DNA from: Alkalispirochaeta sp.
GTDB taxonomy: Bacteria; Spirochaetota; Spirochaetia; DSM-27196; Alkalispirochaetaceae
Direction of reading: 5' to 3'
NCBI GenBank assembly: GCA_965242725.1
Contig: CBDESZ010000001.1
Span: 32,001-96,000 of the forward strand
Length of the DNA: 64,000 nt
Of the stretch, positions 39,064 to 49,025 are shown one piece after another. The notes beneath the pieces are model-generated. The model ran no database searches. It was not told the origin of the DNA and saw only the letters and a list, made by a program, of their open reading frames with translations. Position 1 is the stretch's first letter; each line of letters begins with the position of its first letter. Both the position numbers and the translations under genes were made by a program.

Positions 39064-40997
39064 ACAGCCTCCACCGTCGTTTCCCGTTGACCCGTTTCAA
39101 TGTCCGCAAGCAGTTTCGGCAGATCCAGAATCAGCGCGACGGAACCGTCACCGAGAATCGTGGCGCCCGAAACACCTTCGACCCGCTCCGGCAGCGCCCC
39201 GAGCGATTTGATCACCGTCTGCTGCCGTCCCTTCACCTCCGAGACGAGAAGACCGATGATCGTGCCGTCCCAGTGAACGATCACCACATGTCCCCTGCCC
39301 GCTGTGTCGGAACAGCCGTCAAACAGGTTCTGCAGGTTCACCACCGGGAGACGTGCTCCCCGGACGTCCATGAGCTGAAGGGGACCGCCATGACCGGTCC
39401 GCGCTGGTCGGTACTCGATGAGTTCCCGGACCGCACCAAGTGGCAGGACGTAATGCTGGTCACCGACGCGAACAAGCAGACCGTCAATTATCGCCAGCGT
39501 AAGGGGAAGTCGCAGCGAAATTGTCGTACCCGCACCGATATCGCTCGCAACCTCTATTTCTCCCCCCAGTGTGTTGATTGTCTGGCGAACGACATCCATG
39601 CCCACCCCGCGACCCGACACGCCCGTCACCTCCGTGGCGGTAGAGAAGCCGGGGGCAAAAATCAGTTCACGGATCTGTGCGTCTGAAAGGTGGGAATCGG
39701 TGTCTATGACACCCCGCTCGACGGCACGATTCCGGATCGCAACCGGATCAAGCCCTCGTCCGTCGTCGGAAACGGAAATCACCACCGTCGCACCCTCGTG
39801 GACCGCACGGAGTGCAATCGTACCGATCGGATCCTTGCCGGTGTCGTGTCGTTCCGACGCATCTTCAATCCCGTGGTCGATGGCATTTCTGATGAGGTGC
39901 ATCAGGGGATCACCGAGGCGTTCAATAACCGTTTTATCGAGCTCGGTTTCGACACCTTCGGTTGTCAGACGAATCTCCTTCCCCAGCCGGGACGAGAGAT
40001 CGTGAATGAGTCGCCTGAGCCGGGTAAAGGTATTCCGAATCGGGACCATCCGCAGCCCCATCGCCGTATCACGCAGTTCTCCGGTGAGACGTTCAATTTC
40101 CTCGGAGATGGCCGTAAAGGCGGCATCACCGTTTTCAATGACGTGATCGCTGAGTCGCGCCTGAACGGTGACAAGTTCCCCGATCAGATCCACAAGTGAG
40201 TCAAGACGCTGGGAAGGCACCCGAATCGTCCGGGAGGCATCCTCCCCTGCCGCCGGTATATCTGATGACGGCACACCCGACGCCGGTCCATCCGACGCCG
40301 GTCGGGTCTCCTCAATCGAAATCTCCGATGATTCGGCGACAAACTCAAAGACACCTGCTATCTCTTCCCGCGGTGCCGCCGTTTCTATTTCAATACGCCA
40401 CGAGAGATAGCACAGGTCGGGAACGATGGTGTCCAGATCGGGAACCCGACTGGTATCGGCGACGATACGACAGGTGCCCAGAGACCTCAGTTCATCCAGG
40501 AGCATCACCGGATCGGTCCCCCGTTTCATGAGATCCGGCGGCGGAGAAAAGCTGATGCGGTAGCGCTTTTTCTCCGGTTTTTCCTCGGGCTTCGGGGTAT
40601 CCGGAGAGTCGATCAGGCGGTGAAACTGATCGAGAATAGCTGCGGTGGCTGCCTCCCTGACAACGGGTTGCGAGCCCTCCCGGCCGATCATAATGCGAAG
40701 CTCATCCTTCGCCTGCAGGGTAAGAGCGATGACCTCCCCGGAGAGTGTCATCCTCCCCTTCCGTACCCGGTCAAATACGGTTTCTATCTCATGAACAAAG
40801 GTGCTCATCTCATCGTAACCGAACATGGAACCTGAACCTTTAATGGAATGGAGAGCCCGGAACGACCGGTTGACGAGCTCAGGGTCGTCAGGGCGACCTT
40901 TCAGGTCAAGAAGCGCCGATTCAAGATCATCAAGGTGCTCTATCGCCTCGGCGACAAAGGCCTCCCGGAGAGCAGCCATCTGCATGTCATTCAGCAT
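39060..40997 (-). CDS. cheA: Chemotaxis histidine kinase CheA
   Basis: HPt FRALHSIKG, HLIRNAIDHGIE, DDGRG, SGRGVGMD and C-terminal CheW-like domain. Confidence 0.96.
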   Translation of the reverse strand: MLNDMQMAALREAFVAEAIEHLDDLESALLDLKGRPDDPELVNRSFRALHSIKGSGSMFGYDEMSTFVHEIETVFDRVRKGRMTLSGEVIALTLQAKDELRIMIGREGSQPVVREAATAAILDQFHRLIDSPDTPKPEEKPEKKRYRISFSPPPDLMKRGTDPVMLLDELRSLGTCRIVADTSRVPDLDTIVPDLCYLSWRIEIETAAPREEIAGVFEFVAESSEISIEETRPASDGPASGVPSSDIPAAGEDASRTIRVPSQRLDSLVDLIGELVTVQARLSDHVIENGDAAFTAISEEIERLTGELRDTAMGLRMVPIRNTFTRLRRLIHDLSSRLGKEIRLTTEGVETELDKTVIERLGDPLMHLIRNAIDHGIEDASERHDTGKDPIGTIALRAVHEGATVVISVSDDGRGLDPVAIRNRAVERGVIDTDSHLSDAQIRELIFAPGFSTATEVTGVSGRGVGMDVVRQTINTLGGEIEVASDIGAGTTISLRLPLTLAIIDGLLVRVGDQHYVLPLGAVRELIEYRPARTGHGGPLQLMDVRGARLPVVNLQNLFDGCSDTAGRGHVVIVHWDGTIIGLLVSEVKGRQQTVIKSLGALPERVEGVSGATILGDGSVALILDLPKLLADIETGQRETTVEAV

Positions 40998-41337
40998 CGT
41001 CAGGCCTCACTTCCCCGTTTCCGATCGCGAGTCCCGCCCGCTTCAGCCAGTGGGAGATTTTTTCCGGCGGGTCTGCCACTACGATGCGTCCTTCATTGCC
41101 TCCCCGGGTAGCGCGGCACGCCGCAATTAATAGCTGCACACCGGCGACGTCTATCGTCTCTTCACCTCCGAAATCTATGGTGGTGGCTGCAGCAGATGAG
41201 CGGCCCTGCAGGAGCGTTCTCCTCAGTCCCTCGGCGTTCCAAATCGTCAAATTACCGGCAACGACACGCCGTACCTCTCCGTCTCTTCCATTCGTTGTAT
41301 GAAACCCCGTTGCGGGGACGTCGCTGTTCCTCGTCAT
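40987..41337 (-). CDS. STAS domain protein
   Basis: GNLTI..A..L and ID.AGVQLL motifs typical of che-associated STAS proteins; overlaps the cheA start. Confidence 0.75.
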   Translation of the reverse strand: MTRNSDVPATGFHTTNGRDGEVRRVVAGNLTIWNAEGLRRTLLQGRSSAAATTIDFGGEETIDVAGVQLLIAACRATRGGNEGRIVVADPPEKISHWLKRAGLAIGNGEVRPDDAE

Positions 41338-41349
41338 ATGTCCAGGCGA

Positions 41350-41365
41350 AGCAATTGCCGTGCCA
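41350..41365 (-). promoter_or_regulatory. Sigma-54 (-24/-12) promoter of STAS-cheA-cheR-cheB
   Basis: Minus strand reads TGGCAC-GGCAA-TTGCT. Confidence 0.85.
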
Positions 41366-41434
41366 GTTACTACCGGAGGAGGTATTTCGTTATAGAACAG
41401 TGATTAGGTGAGGGAGGTGAAATGCAGCGCCGCC

Positions 41435-41448
41435 GGGACAAAAGTCCC
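41435..41448. promoter_or_regulatory. Candidate upstream activating sequence (enhancer)
   Basis: GGGACAAAAGTCCC, near-identical to 37110-37123. Confidence 0.75.
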
Positions 41449-41477
41449 TTCAGTTGAATCGGCGTTGCCGAATGTCC

Positions 41478-42905
41478 TCATCTATTGCCGTCACGGCGGT
41501 TCAGTCGTTTGTTCAGGGCGCTCCGGGTCATTCCCAGCAATGCCGCTGCTGTTGTCTGATTTCCGTCTGCGCGCCGGAGGGCTTCCTCTATGAGATCATC
41601 AACGGCGCTCTTCAGTGTCGGGAGGGTTCCCAGATCGGAAAAGAGGTCGTCGGCCCCATGCTGTCCACCGGCTCCGGACGGTATCATCACCGGACTCCCG
41701 GAAACGGCACCGTCACTGATCGCACCGGCGGTGAGCGTTCCCGTCCGGTCCCGGACTACGGCATCAAGAATCATTCCTTCAAGTTCCCGGACGTTGCCGG
41801 GATAATCGTAGCGCATCAGCGTGGAGATAAACCCGCGGGACACATCGGGAAGGGGTTTTCCTGTCTCACTCACCGCGTGCCGGAGAAACAGGTTCACCAG
41901 AAGTGGTATATCTCCACGTCGTTCCCGGAGTGGCGGAATACGGACCATATGTGAACGCAAGCGATACCAGAGGTCGTGGCGAAACTCTCCCGTCTCGACA
42001 CGTTCCGGCAAGTCACGATTGGTGGCAAAGACAAATCTCGCGTCGGTCCGGACAACGTTGTCACTTCCAAGGGGATAGTACTCCCGTTGCTGGATGAGCC
42101 GGAGGAGCTTAATCTGGGACTCCGGAGAAAGATCACCGATTTCATCGAGAAAGAGCGTTCCCTTGACCGCCTTTCCGATGACACCTTTGCGATCAGTGGT
42201 GGATCCGGTATAGGCACCCTTCACGTGACCGAAAAGGGTATCCGAAAAGAGCTGATCGTCCAGTCCCGCCGTATTGACCGTCACCAGCTCGCCGGTACGT
42301 CCGCTCGCCCGGTGGATGGCCGTAGCGATCAGTTCCTTTCCCGTTCCCGTTTCTCCCGTGATGAGGACGGGGAGAGATGTGGGAGCGATCGCCTCGATAT
42401 ATCCAAAGATTGAATACATGACCTCGTCATGTGTGGTGATATGCTCGAAAGCGTCCGGCCGTTCCAGCGTCGGATTGAGGAGATGCCGCCGGAGGGCGGC
42501 GTTCTCCCGCTGCATCTCAAAGTTCTCGATTGCCCGACGAAGGGTCGTCACGAGCCTGTTTGAATCGACGGGCTTCACGATGTAGTCAAACACGCCCTTC
42601 CGCATCAATTCGACCGCCGTTTCGACATCACTCGTACTGGTGACGACTACCACCGGCGTATCGGGCAGTTGTTCCTGTACGATACCGAGAAGTTCAACGC
42701 CTCCGATGCCGGGCATGACGAGATCAAGTGTTACCGCCGAAAAACGTGTCGTACTGACGAGAGATGCAGCGCTTGTACTTTCACTGCAGGTCACCACGTT
42801 GGTGATGCCTCCCAGCTCCAGTGCGATTTCCACCGCCGAGAGAATGGCCGGTTCATCGTCGACGACGAGAACAGGATCGGCAGGGTATCCTGAGTCACTC
42901 ATCAC
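41478..42905 (-). CDS. Sigma-54-dependent response regulator (NtrC/AtoC-type enhancer-binding protein)
   Basis: Receiver, GETGTGKE, FGHVKGAYTGS (GAFTGA-like), FLDEIG, PGNVREL and Fis-type HTH. Confidence 0.95.
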   Translation of the reverse strand: MMSDSGYPADPVLVVDDEPAILSAVEIALELGGITNVVTCSESTSAASLVSTTRFSAVTLDLVMPGIGGVELLGIVQEQLPDTPVVVVTSTSDVETAVELMRKGVFDYIVKPVDSNRLVTTLRRAIENFEMQRENAALRRHLLNPTLERPDAFEHITTHDEVMYSIFGYIEAIAPTSLPVLITGETGTGKELIATAIHRASGRTGELVTVNTAGLDDQLFSDTLFGHVKGAYTGSTTDRKGVIGKAVKGTLFLDEIGDLSPESQIKLLRLIQQREYYPLGSDNVVRTDARFVFATNRDLPERVETGEFRHDLWYRLRSHMVRIPPLRERRGDIPLLVNLFLRHAVSETGKPLPDVSRGFISTLMRYDYPGNVRELEGMILDAVVRDRTGTLTAGAISDGAVSGSPVMIPSGAGGQHGADDLFSDLGTLPTLKSAVDDLIEEALRRADGNQTTAAALLGMTRSALNKRLNRRDGNR

Positions 42906-44538
42906 CGGCCTCGACTATCGGAAAGCGCACAGTTGCCACCGTTCCTGCACCGGGAACGCTATCGAAAGAGAGTGAACCGTTATAATCGGACACGATCCGT
43001 TGGGTCACGGCGAGTCCGAGTCCCGTTCCGCCTTCACCCCGACGGGTCGTAAAAAACGGATCGGTGCTGTGAAGGACAACATCTTTACTCATACCCTTTC
43101 CTTCGTCCTCAACCCGAATTTCCGCCCATTTTGCGTCCCGGTTCAATCCGACGAAGACCGCAATACGCTGGCTGCGGTCGGTCAGGGCGAGACAGGCGTT
43201 GGTGATCAGATTCATACATACCTGCTCAAGGCGATGCTTCTCACCCACGACGAGCACCGGCCCGTCGTGGAGGGTCGTCACAAAGTTGGATGTGTAGTGG
43301 CGGATCGTTGATCCGACAATGGAGAGTGCGGTCTCCATGGCGCTCCGTACATCGGTAACCATCCGTTTCCCGGTATTGCCTGTTTTTGCATAGTCCGTCA
43401 GGTCCCGCACGAGAGCGGCAATTCGATCAGCGCCCTCACTGATCCCCTCCATGGCGGTGCCCACCATTCCCCTGGCACGATGAAAGGGGATTCCCCCGAG
43501 GGAGACGGCCCTGCCCTTTCCGGAAATCTCCTCGAGCACTCTCTCAGCGTCCCGCCAGAAGTTACGCATACTGTCGATATTCATGCGAATGTAATTGTTG
43601 GGGTTGTTGATCTCGTGGGCAACGCCTGACAGCAGAGTACCCATCGTCGCAAGTTTTGCCGCCTGGTAGAGTTCCTCCCGCTGCACACGCTCCCGGTCCT
43701 CGACGGCACGCTGTTCCGTCACGTCCATCAGCTCAATCGTAACAGATTCGACATGTCCACGTAAAAAAACACGATGCCGGCGCCCCTCCCGGGCATAGAA
43801 GGAACGTCTCGTTCCCTCACGCGAAATAAACTGGAACTCCGCCGCAGGAACGGAGTTTCCCTCGAGAATGATTTGCCAGCGCTCCTTAAATATTCCTGCA
43901 AATTCCGGGGCGAGAAGGTCGTCCAGTATTCTGCCGACAATCTCGTCAACTCCGAACCCGAGGGATTCGACGACGGTGGCATTGATCTCCAGGATGGTCC
44001 GATCGGGTGCAAGTGTAAAGATCGCCGCAGGACTGTAGGTGAAGAGCTCGTGGTATCGCTCCTCAGAGCGGGCCAGCGACTCCGCCGCGCGTATTCGGTC
44101 GCTGGCGTCGCGACATGTGAGGATGACCCCTTCAACCATCGGATCATGAAAACAGCGTGAGACCCTTGCCTCCAGATTGCGCCAGGATCCGTCGGCATGA
44201 CGCATCCGGAGCATGATCGGCGAATCGTCGGGGGTCATCGTTTCCCCGGCCACGACGCGTTCCCAGAAGTCCGCGTAATCTTCGTGAAGATACTGGTCAA
44301 AGAGAAAACCGACCCGTTCCCCGTGGTCGTACCCGAGAATGGACGTCACCGCAGGGTTTTCATACGTTATGTGGCCATCGGAACCGACAACCGTTACAAG
44401 GTCCTTCAGGTACCCGAGAAGGGAGGCACACACATCGTCTTCAGGAAAGACCAGGGGCGCATGTCCGGCGGTGTCTCCTGGTCGATCAGGTGCCGATGAA
44501 TGGATGTGGGAATCGGATTTTCCATCGTTCCGGGCCAT
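42895..44538 (-). CDS. Cytoplasmic PAS-PAS sensor histidine kinase (NtrB-like)
   Basis: Two PAS domains, H-box GVAHEINNP, QV.MNL..NA, DEGKG, PFFTT and GTGLGL; no TM segment. Confidence 0.93.
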   Translation of the reverse strand: MARNDGKSDSHIHSSAPDRPGDTAGHAPLVFPEDDVCASLLGYLKDLVTVVGSDGHITYENPAVTSILGYDHGERVGFLFDQYLHEDYADFWERVVAGETMTPDDSPIMLRMRHADGSWRNLEARVSRCFHDPMVEGVILTCRDASDRIRAAESLARSEERYHELFTYSPAAIFTLAPDRTILEINATVVESLGFGVDEIVGRILDDLLAPEFAGIFKERWQIILEGNSVPAAEFQFISREGTRRSFYAREGRRHRVFLRGHVESVTIELMDVTEQRAVEDRERVQREELYQAAKLATMGTLLSGVAHEINNPNNYIRMNIDSMRNFWRDAERVLEEISGKGRAVSLGGIPFHRARGMVGTAMEGISEGADRIAALVRDLTDYAKTGNTGKRMVTDVRSAMETALSIVGSTIRHYTSNFVTTLHDGPVLVVGEKHRLEQVCMNLITNACLALTDRSQRIAVFVGLNRDAKWAEIRVEDEGKGMSKDVVLHSTDPFFTTRRGEGGTGLGLAVTQRIVSDYNGSLSFDSVPGAGTVATVRFPIVEAGDE

Positions 44539-44565
44539 TTCAAATACCGTCTGCTTCCCTGCCGC

Positions 44566-45780
44566 CTACCTCGTCCCGACGCGCTCCAGCTCCCGGGAAA
44601 TCACCTCACCCAGGGTGCCGACGGCCTCACCGATCGTCTTTTCATCAACCATGGTGAAATTCAGCCTCATCGTCGATACGCCGTCGGCGGGGTCGGTAAA
44701 GAAAAACCGGCCCGGAACGTAGGCAACTCCGGCATCGATGGCCCGTTGGTACATCTCAACGGCGTCCAGCTCCGGCGGTCCTTCGGCCCAGATAAACATG
44801 CCCCCCTCCGGCTCCGACCACCGCATCGGCGAGGGAAAGGATCGCTTCAGGGCGGCCAGCATCGCCTCCTGCCGGGGGCGATAGAGGGCGATAATTTCCG
44901 GAAGATGCCGGCTGAGTGCGCCCGACTCGAGATACGCCGCAGTCAGCGCCTGATTGAAGGTGCTTGTGTGAAGGTCCACACCCTGTTTGGCCGTGACCAG
45001 CCACCGCCGGATCAGCTTCGGCGCAACGACAAAGCCGACGCGCAGGCCCGGCGCAAAGATCTTGGAAACGGTACCGGTGTAGACGACGTGGTCCGGTGCC
45101 AGCGACTTCATCGACGGCGGTGCGCTCCCGCGATAGCGGAGATCGCCGTAGGGATCATCTTCCACCAGAAGCACGTTGTAACGCACGGCGATCTCCGCGA
45201 TCTGCCGGCGCCGCCCGGCGTCGATGGTGCGGCCCGTGGGATTCTGAAAGGTGGGTGTCAAATAGACAAACTTCACCGCCGTCGTGCGGACCACCTCTTC
45301 AAGCGCATCGGGAATCACTCCGCCGTCGTCGGTCTCAATCTTCACGTATCGCGGTTCATAGGGATTGAAGGCCGAGAGCGCGCCGAGGTAGGTGGGAGCT
45401 TCCACGGCAACGGCGTCGCCGGAAGAAATGAGAATCTGTCCCAGCGTCGACAGCGCCCCCTGGGAACCGGTGGTCACGATGACCGTATCGGCGTCGGTGG
45501 AAATCCCCTTTGCCGCGAGGTACGGAACCAGCTGCTCCCGGAGCGGCATGAACCCTTCGGTCAGATCATATTGAAACGCCCCGGAACCGTACCGGCCCAT
45601 CACCTTTGCGGTGAGCTCCTCAATGATCTCCATGGGAAATGATTCCGGCGCGGGAATCCCGCCCGCAAGGGACCGCATACCCGGCTGACCTACCACTTTC
45701 AGGATTTCCCGTATGGCGTTGGCGCCCATTCCGCGAGTCCGCGTGGCCAGAAGATGTGAAAACGCTCCTGAATCCTTCAT
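44566..45780 (-). CDS. PLP-dependent class I/II aminotransferase (LysN/Aro8-like)
   Basis: Motifs SLAGGIP, TTGSQ, FQNPTG, EDDPYG and SKIFAPGLRVG. Start at ATG 45780. Confidence 0.92.
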   Translation of the reverse strand: MKDSGAFSHLLATRTRGMGANAIREILKVVGQPGMRSLAGGIPAPESFPMEIIEELTAKVMGRYGSGAFQYDLTEGFMPLREQLVPYLAAKGISTDADTVIVTTGSQGALSTLGQILISSGDAVAVEAPTYLGALSAFNPYEPRYVKIETDDGGVIPDALEEVVRTTAVKFVYLTPTFQNPTGRTIDAGRRRQIAEIAVRYNVLLVEDDPYGDLRYRGSAPPSMKSLAPDHVVYTGTVSKIFAPGLRVGFVVAPKLIRRWLVTAKQGVDLHTSTFNQALTAAYLESGALSRHLPEIIALYRPRQEAMLAALKRSFPSPMRWSEPEGGMFIWAEGPPELDAVEMYQRAIDAGVAYVPGRFFFTDPADGVSTMRLNFTMVDEKTIGEAVGTLGEVISRELERVGTR

Positions 45781-45842
45781 TGTGGAATCATAGGGGAAGG
45801 AATCTGTCGGTGCAAGATCGAATATTTCGCGGTGTATAGATA

Positions 45843-45955
45843 CGTGTTGCACCTTGACGATTTGTCATCACCCGGAAAGGAGTTAGGGGATCAACGTCCC
45901 CCGGTCGACGATAACTCCCTCCTGCAGTGAACATTGCACCCCTCGGTGCAACACG
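45843..45955. other. Candidate structured element bounded by an 11-bp inverted repeat
   Basis: CGTGTTGCACC / GGTGCAACACG enclose nested stems GGAGTTA/TAACTCC and GGGGA/TCCCC. Confidence 0.4.
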
Positions 45956-45971
45956 ATTGTGGATACTACAG

Positions 45972-47768
45972 TCAGTTCCTGTACAGAACCGGATAGTCGG
46001 TGGACCGGGCAGCGGTGTGCCACGCTTCGGGTACCACCGTCCAGTTGTGGTCAACCGCGGGGGTGACCACTTCCCGGGACTCGATCCACTTCTGCAGATA
46101 GAAGCGCAGATCGATGTCGGTGGAGGAGAGCGTCGCTTCGGCGATCTCCTCATCATCAAGACCGACGCCCCTGGTCAAATGACCGCCGCCGCCGCTGGCG
46201 CGATAGGAGTTGATCGCCACCGTGTACATCTCGTCGCCGTCAAAGACGGAACCGTCACTCAGTGAGTGTATCGATACCCGGTCACCTTCCGGTCGCGAGA
46301 CGTCGACGACGTAATCAATACCCGCAGCGGAATCGTAGTTGTAATACCGGGTGTAGGTATCATAGGAGTTGTACCGTTCATTGAAGACGAGATTTCCGGC
46401 GTCATCCTTTTTGAAGCGGATCAAATGGTCCGATGGGTCGTCCATCGTGTCAAACCACCCGGCGTACGAATACTCGAGGAATTTGTCGATCTGTTCCCCC
46501 GTCAGTTCCATCGTATACAGCAGATTCTCGTACTGATAGAGCTTGAACATGTCCCGGACAAAAACCTGTCCCTCTTCAATTTTCGCGTCAAAGGATAGGG
46601 GCGCCGCGAAGGAGACGTCCGCACCCGTTATCTCCAGCTGAACCTGATGGATGAGATCGACAAAAGGGGAGTCGTCAAACATGGCGTCCCTGGTGGTAAT
46701 CGTTTCCGTAAAGGTTCCGATGGGTTTATCGACGTAATCAACAACCTCCTGCTGAAGTGACGCAAAGTGACGCATGAACCCGGAATCGGGCTGCAATGAG
46801 GCGCCATCGATCAGTTCCCCTTCGATGGCGATATTCCAGGAATCGGACGCCTCCACGTAGTCCATGACGATTTCCGCAACGGCGATCGTCCTGGCCGCAT
46901 TGATTCCTCCCAGTACGAGCACCTCCTCTCCGGCGACATTGGTGACCATATCGTTGTGCGCCTGATGGTCATGACCGGTCAGCACGAGATCAAATCCGGG
47001 CACGTCCCTGGCGACAAGGAGTGCTCCGTTGGGGTTGAGACGGTCATGCTCGGCGTACCCATCGTAGGTAAAGTCCGTTCCGGCGTGAAAGAGCCCGATG
47101 AGCACATCCGGAGCTTCCTCCGCCATGATTCGCGGAACCCACTCCTCCGCCGTCTCCACCATACCCTTGAACTCCAGCCCCTCCCAGAGGTTTTCGGGAA
47201 GCCACGTCGGCACGCCGGGGGTGCACATTCCCAGGACCACCACCTTGGCGCCGTACTTTTCAAAGACGGCGTAGGGCGTAAAGTAGGGTTCGCCCGTCGC
47301 CGCATCCACAACGTTGGCGGCGAGCCACGGATAGTCATATTCGTTCATCAGGCGGTCGTAGACCGCATGACCCGCTTCGACGTCGTGATTGCCCACCGAT
47401 CCGGCGGCGTACCCCATATAGTTCATGACCTGACTGGTGGAATGGGGCTGATCGGGAGCTTCAAAGTTGGAGTAGTAGACGATCGGCTGTCCCTGGAGAA
47501 TGTCGCCGTTGTCAAGGAGCAACACCTCCTGCCTCGGCACGGAGCGCTCCTGCCTGACCAGACTGTAGACATGGGCGAGGCTTGTCGCCGCCTCTTTGCC
47601 TGCGATGAAGTCATAGGGAAGAATCGCTCCGTGAGTATCCGTCGTCTCGATCACCTTCAGTACGAAATCCTGAGCAGGTTCCGCCGACGCAATGCCGGCA
47701 ATCAGCGACAGACACAGGACAATCGCACCAAACCTTACCAATACAGTATTAAATGCTTTGCGTACCAT
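45972..47768 (-). CDS. Secreted 2',3'-cyclic-nucleotide phosphodiesterase/5'-nucleotidase (CpdB-like)
   Basis: Signal peptide; metallophosphoesterase motifs TTDTHG, DNGD..QG, GNHD and GHDH; 5'-nucleotidase C domain (LYQYEN, NSYRA.GGG). Confidence 0.92.
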   Translation of the reverse strand: MVRKAFNTVLVRFGAIVLCLSLIAGIASAEPAQDFVLKVIETTDTHGAILPYDFIAGKEAATSLAHVYSLVRQERSVPRQEVLLLDNGDILQGQPIVYYSNFEAPDQPHSTSQVMNYMGYAAGSVGNHDVEAGHAVYDRLMNEYDYPWLAANVVDAATGEPYFTPYAVFEKYGAKVVVLGMCTPGVPTWLPENLWEGLEFKGMVETAEEWVPRIMAEEAPDVLIGLFHAGTDFTYDGYAEHDRLNPNGALLVARDVPGFDLVLTGHDHQAHNDMVTNVAGEEVLVLGGINAARTIAVAEIVMDYVEASDSWNIAIEGELIDGASLQPDSGFMRHFASLQQEVVDYVDKPIGTFTETITTRDAMFDDSPFVDLIHQVQLEITGADVSFAAPLSFDAKIEEGQVFVRDMFKLYQYENLLYTMELTGEQIDKFLEYSYAGWFDTMDDPSDHLIRFKKDDAGNLVFNERYNSYDTYTRYYNYDSAAGIDYVVDVSRPEGDRVSIHSLSDGSVFDGDEMYTVAINSYRASGGGGHLTRGVGLDDEEIAEATLSSTDIDLRFYLQKWIESREVVTPAVDHNWTVVPEAWHTAARSTDYPVLYRN

Positions 47769-47882
47769 GAAATACCTCCTCGTGGCATGTATCTTGATTA
47801 TACTCCCGTTGTCCGAAACTGGATGAATAAATCATGCTGTGGAGATTTTTTTTAGAAGGCCGCGGTCTGTGTACCGGAACCG

Positions 47883-49025
47883 TTACCCCGCACGTTTGCG
47901 GAAGCGTGCCGCCGCCAGGGCGAGGATGGCGACGCCAAAGAGAAGGAGCGCCAGCGCCTCGTCCCAGAGCGTCGCCAGCCCGGCGCCTTTCAGAAAGATT
48001 CCACGGATGATGACAAAGAAGTAGCGCAGGGGAAGGAGGTATGTTACGTACTGGATCGGCACGGGCATGCTCTCAATGGGGAAAGCAAAGCCGGAGAGGA
48101 AGAACATCGGCAGCATGACAAAGAAGACGGAGGTCATCATCGCCTGCTGCTGGTTCTGGGAGATCGTTGAAATGAGAAGACCGAGCCCGAGGGTCGTGGC
48201 AAGAAATACGACCGACATCGCCAGGAGCAAGAGCACACTGCCGCGGAAGGGAACGTCAAAGAGAAAGCGGGAGACTCCGATGACAAGGAGAACGTCCACA
48301 AAGCCGATGATCACAAAGGGAATGAGCTTGCCGATGATGAGCTGTACCGGTTTGATGGGGGTCACGTTGAGCTGTTCGAGAGTCCCAAGCTCCTTCTCCT
48401 TCACGATCGCCAGCGAACTCAATAGCATGGTAATGACCATGAGAAGAAGCGCCAGGATACCGGGAACCATGAAGTTTTTGCTTTCCAGCGCGGGGTTGTA
48501 CCAGACGCGGGGTACGAGGCGGATCGGAAGCGACGGCGCGCCGACACCGCGATCGCCGATGGAGCCGGCGGCGGTGCGGCGGGCGAGTAACTCCCGCTGC
48601 TTTTCCTGGATGATGACATTGGCGTAGTTGAGAATGGCGGTACCTTCCGTCGAGTTTGTACCATCCACCAGAAGCTGTACCGCCGCCGTCCCTCCCCGCA
48701 GAAGCGCTGCAGCGTAATTCTCCGGTATCACCAGCACCGCCGATGCCGTCCCGGAGACGAGGGCGTCCTGCGCGCCTCTATGTCCCTCCGAAGAAGGAAC
48801 CCGGTCAAAATACTCGGTGGCAAAAAAGGCATCCCCGAGGGAACGGCTCTCCTGCGATCTGTCGTAGTCAACGACGGCCATGGGAACGTGCCGCACGTCG
48901 AGGTTGGCCGCATACCCCAGAAGTATCAGCTGAAATACCGGTGCAATAAGTACGATGGGCAGCATTTTCCGGTCCCGTCGCAGCTGGAGAAACTCCTTTC
49001 TAATCAGAATTGGAAAGACACTCAC
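47883..49025 (-). CDS. ABC-2 exporter permease (YbhR-like)
   Basis: Motifs KEFLQLRRD, WYNP.L.S, EKELGTLEQL and LSGFAFPIESMP. Confidence 0.92.
   Translation of the reverse strand: MSVFPILIRKEFLQLRRDRKMLPIVLIAPVFQLILLGYAANLDVRHVPMAVVDYDRSQESRSLGDAFFATEYFDRVPSSEGHRGAQDALVSGTASAVLVIPENYAAALLRGGTAAVQLLVDGTNSTEGTAILNYANVIIQEKQRELLARRTAAGSIGDRGVGAPSLPIRLVPRVWYNPALESKNFMVPGILALLLMVITMLLSSLAIVKEKELGTLEQLNVTPIKPVQLIIGKLIPFVIIGFVDVLLVIGVSRFLFDVPFRGSVLLLLAMSVVFLATTLGLGLLISTISQNQQQAMMTSVFFVMLPMFFLSGFAFPIESMPVPIQYVTYLLPLRYFFVIIRGIFLKGAGLATLWDEALALLLFGVAILALAAARFRKRAG

Noticed and set aside
44500..45642. 380-aa plus-strand ORF
   Set aside because: Antisense shadow of the aminotransferase; no recognisable motifs.
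44566..45852. MocR/GabR transcription factor
   Set aside because: No N-terminal GntR HTH; the size fits a stand-alone aminotransferase.
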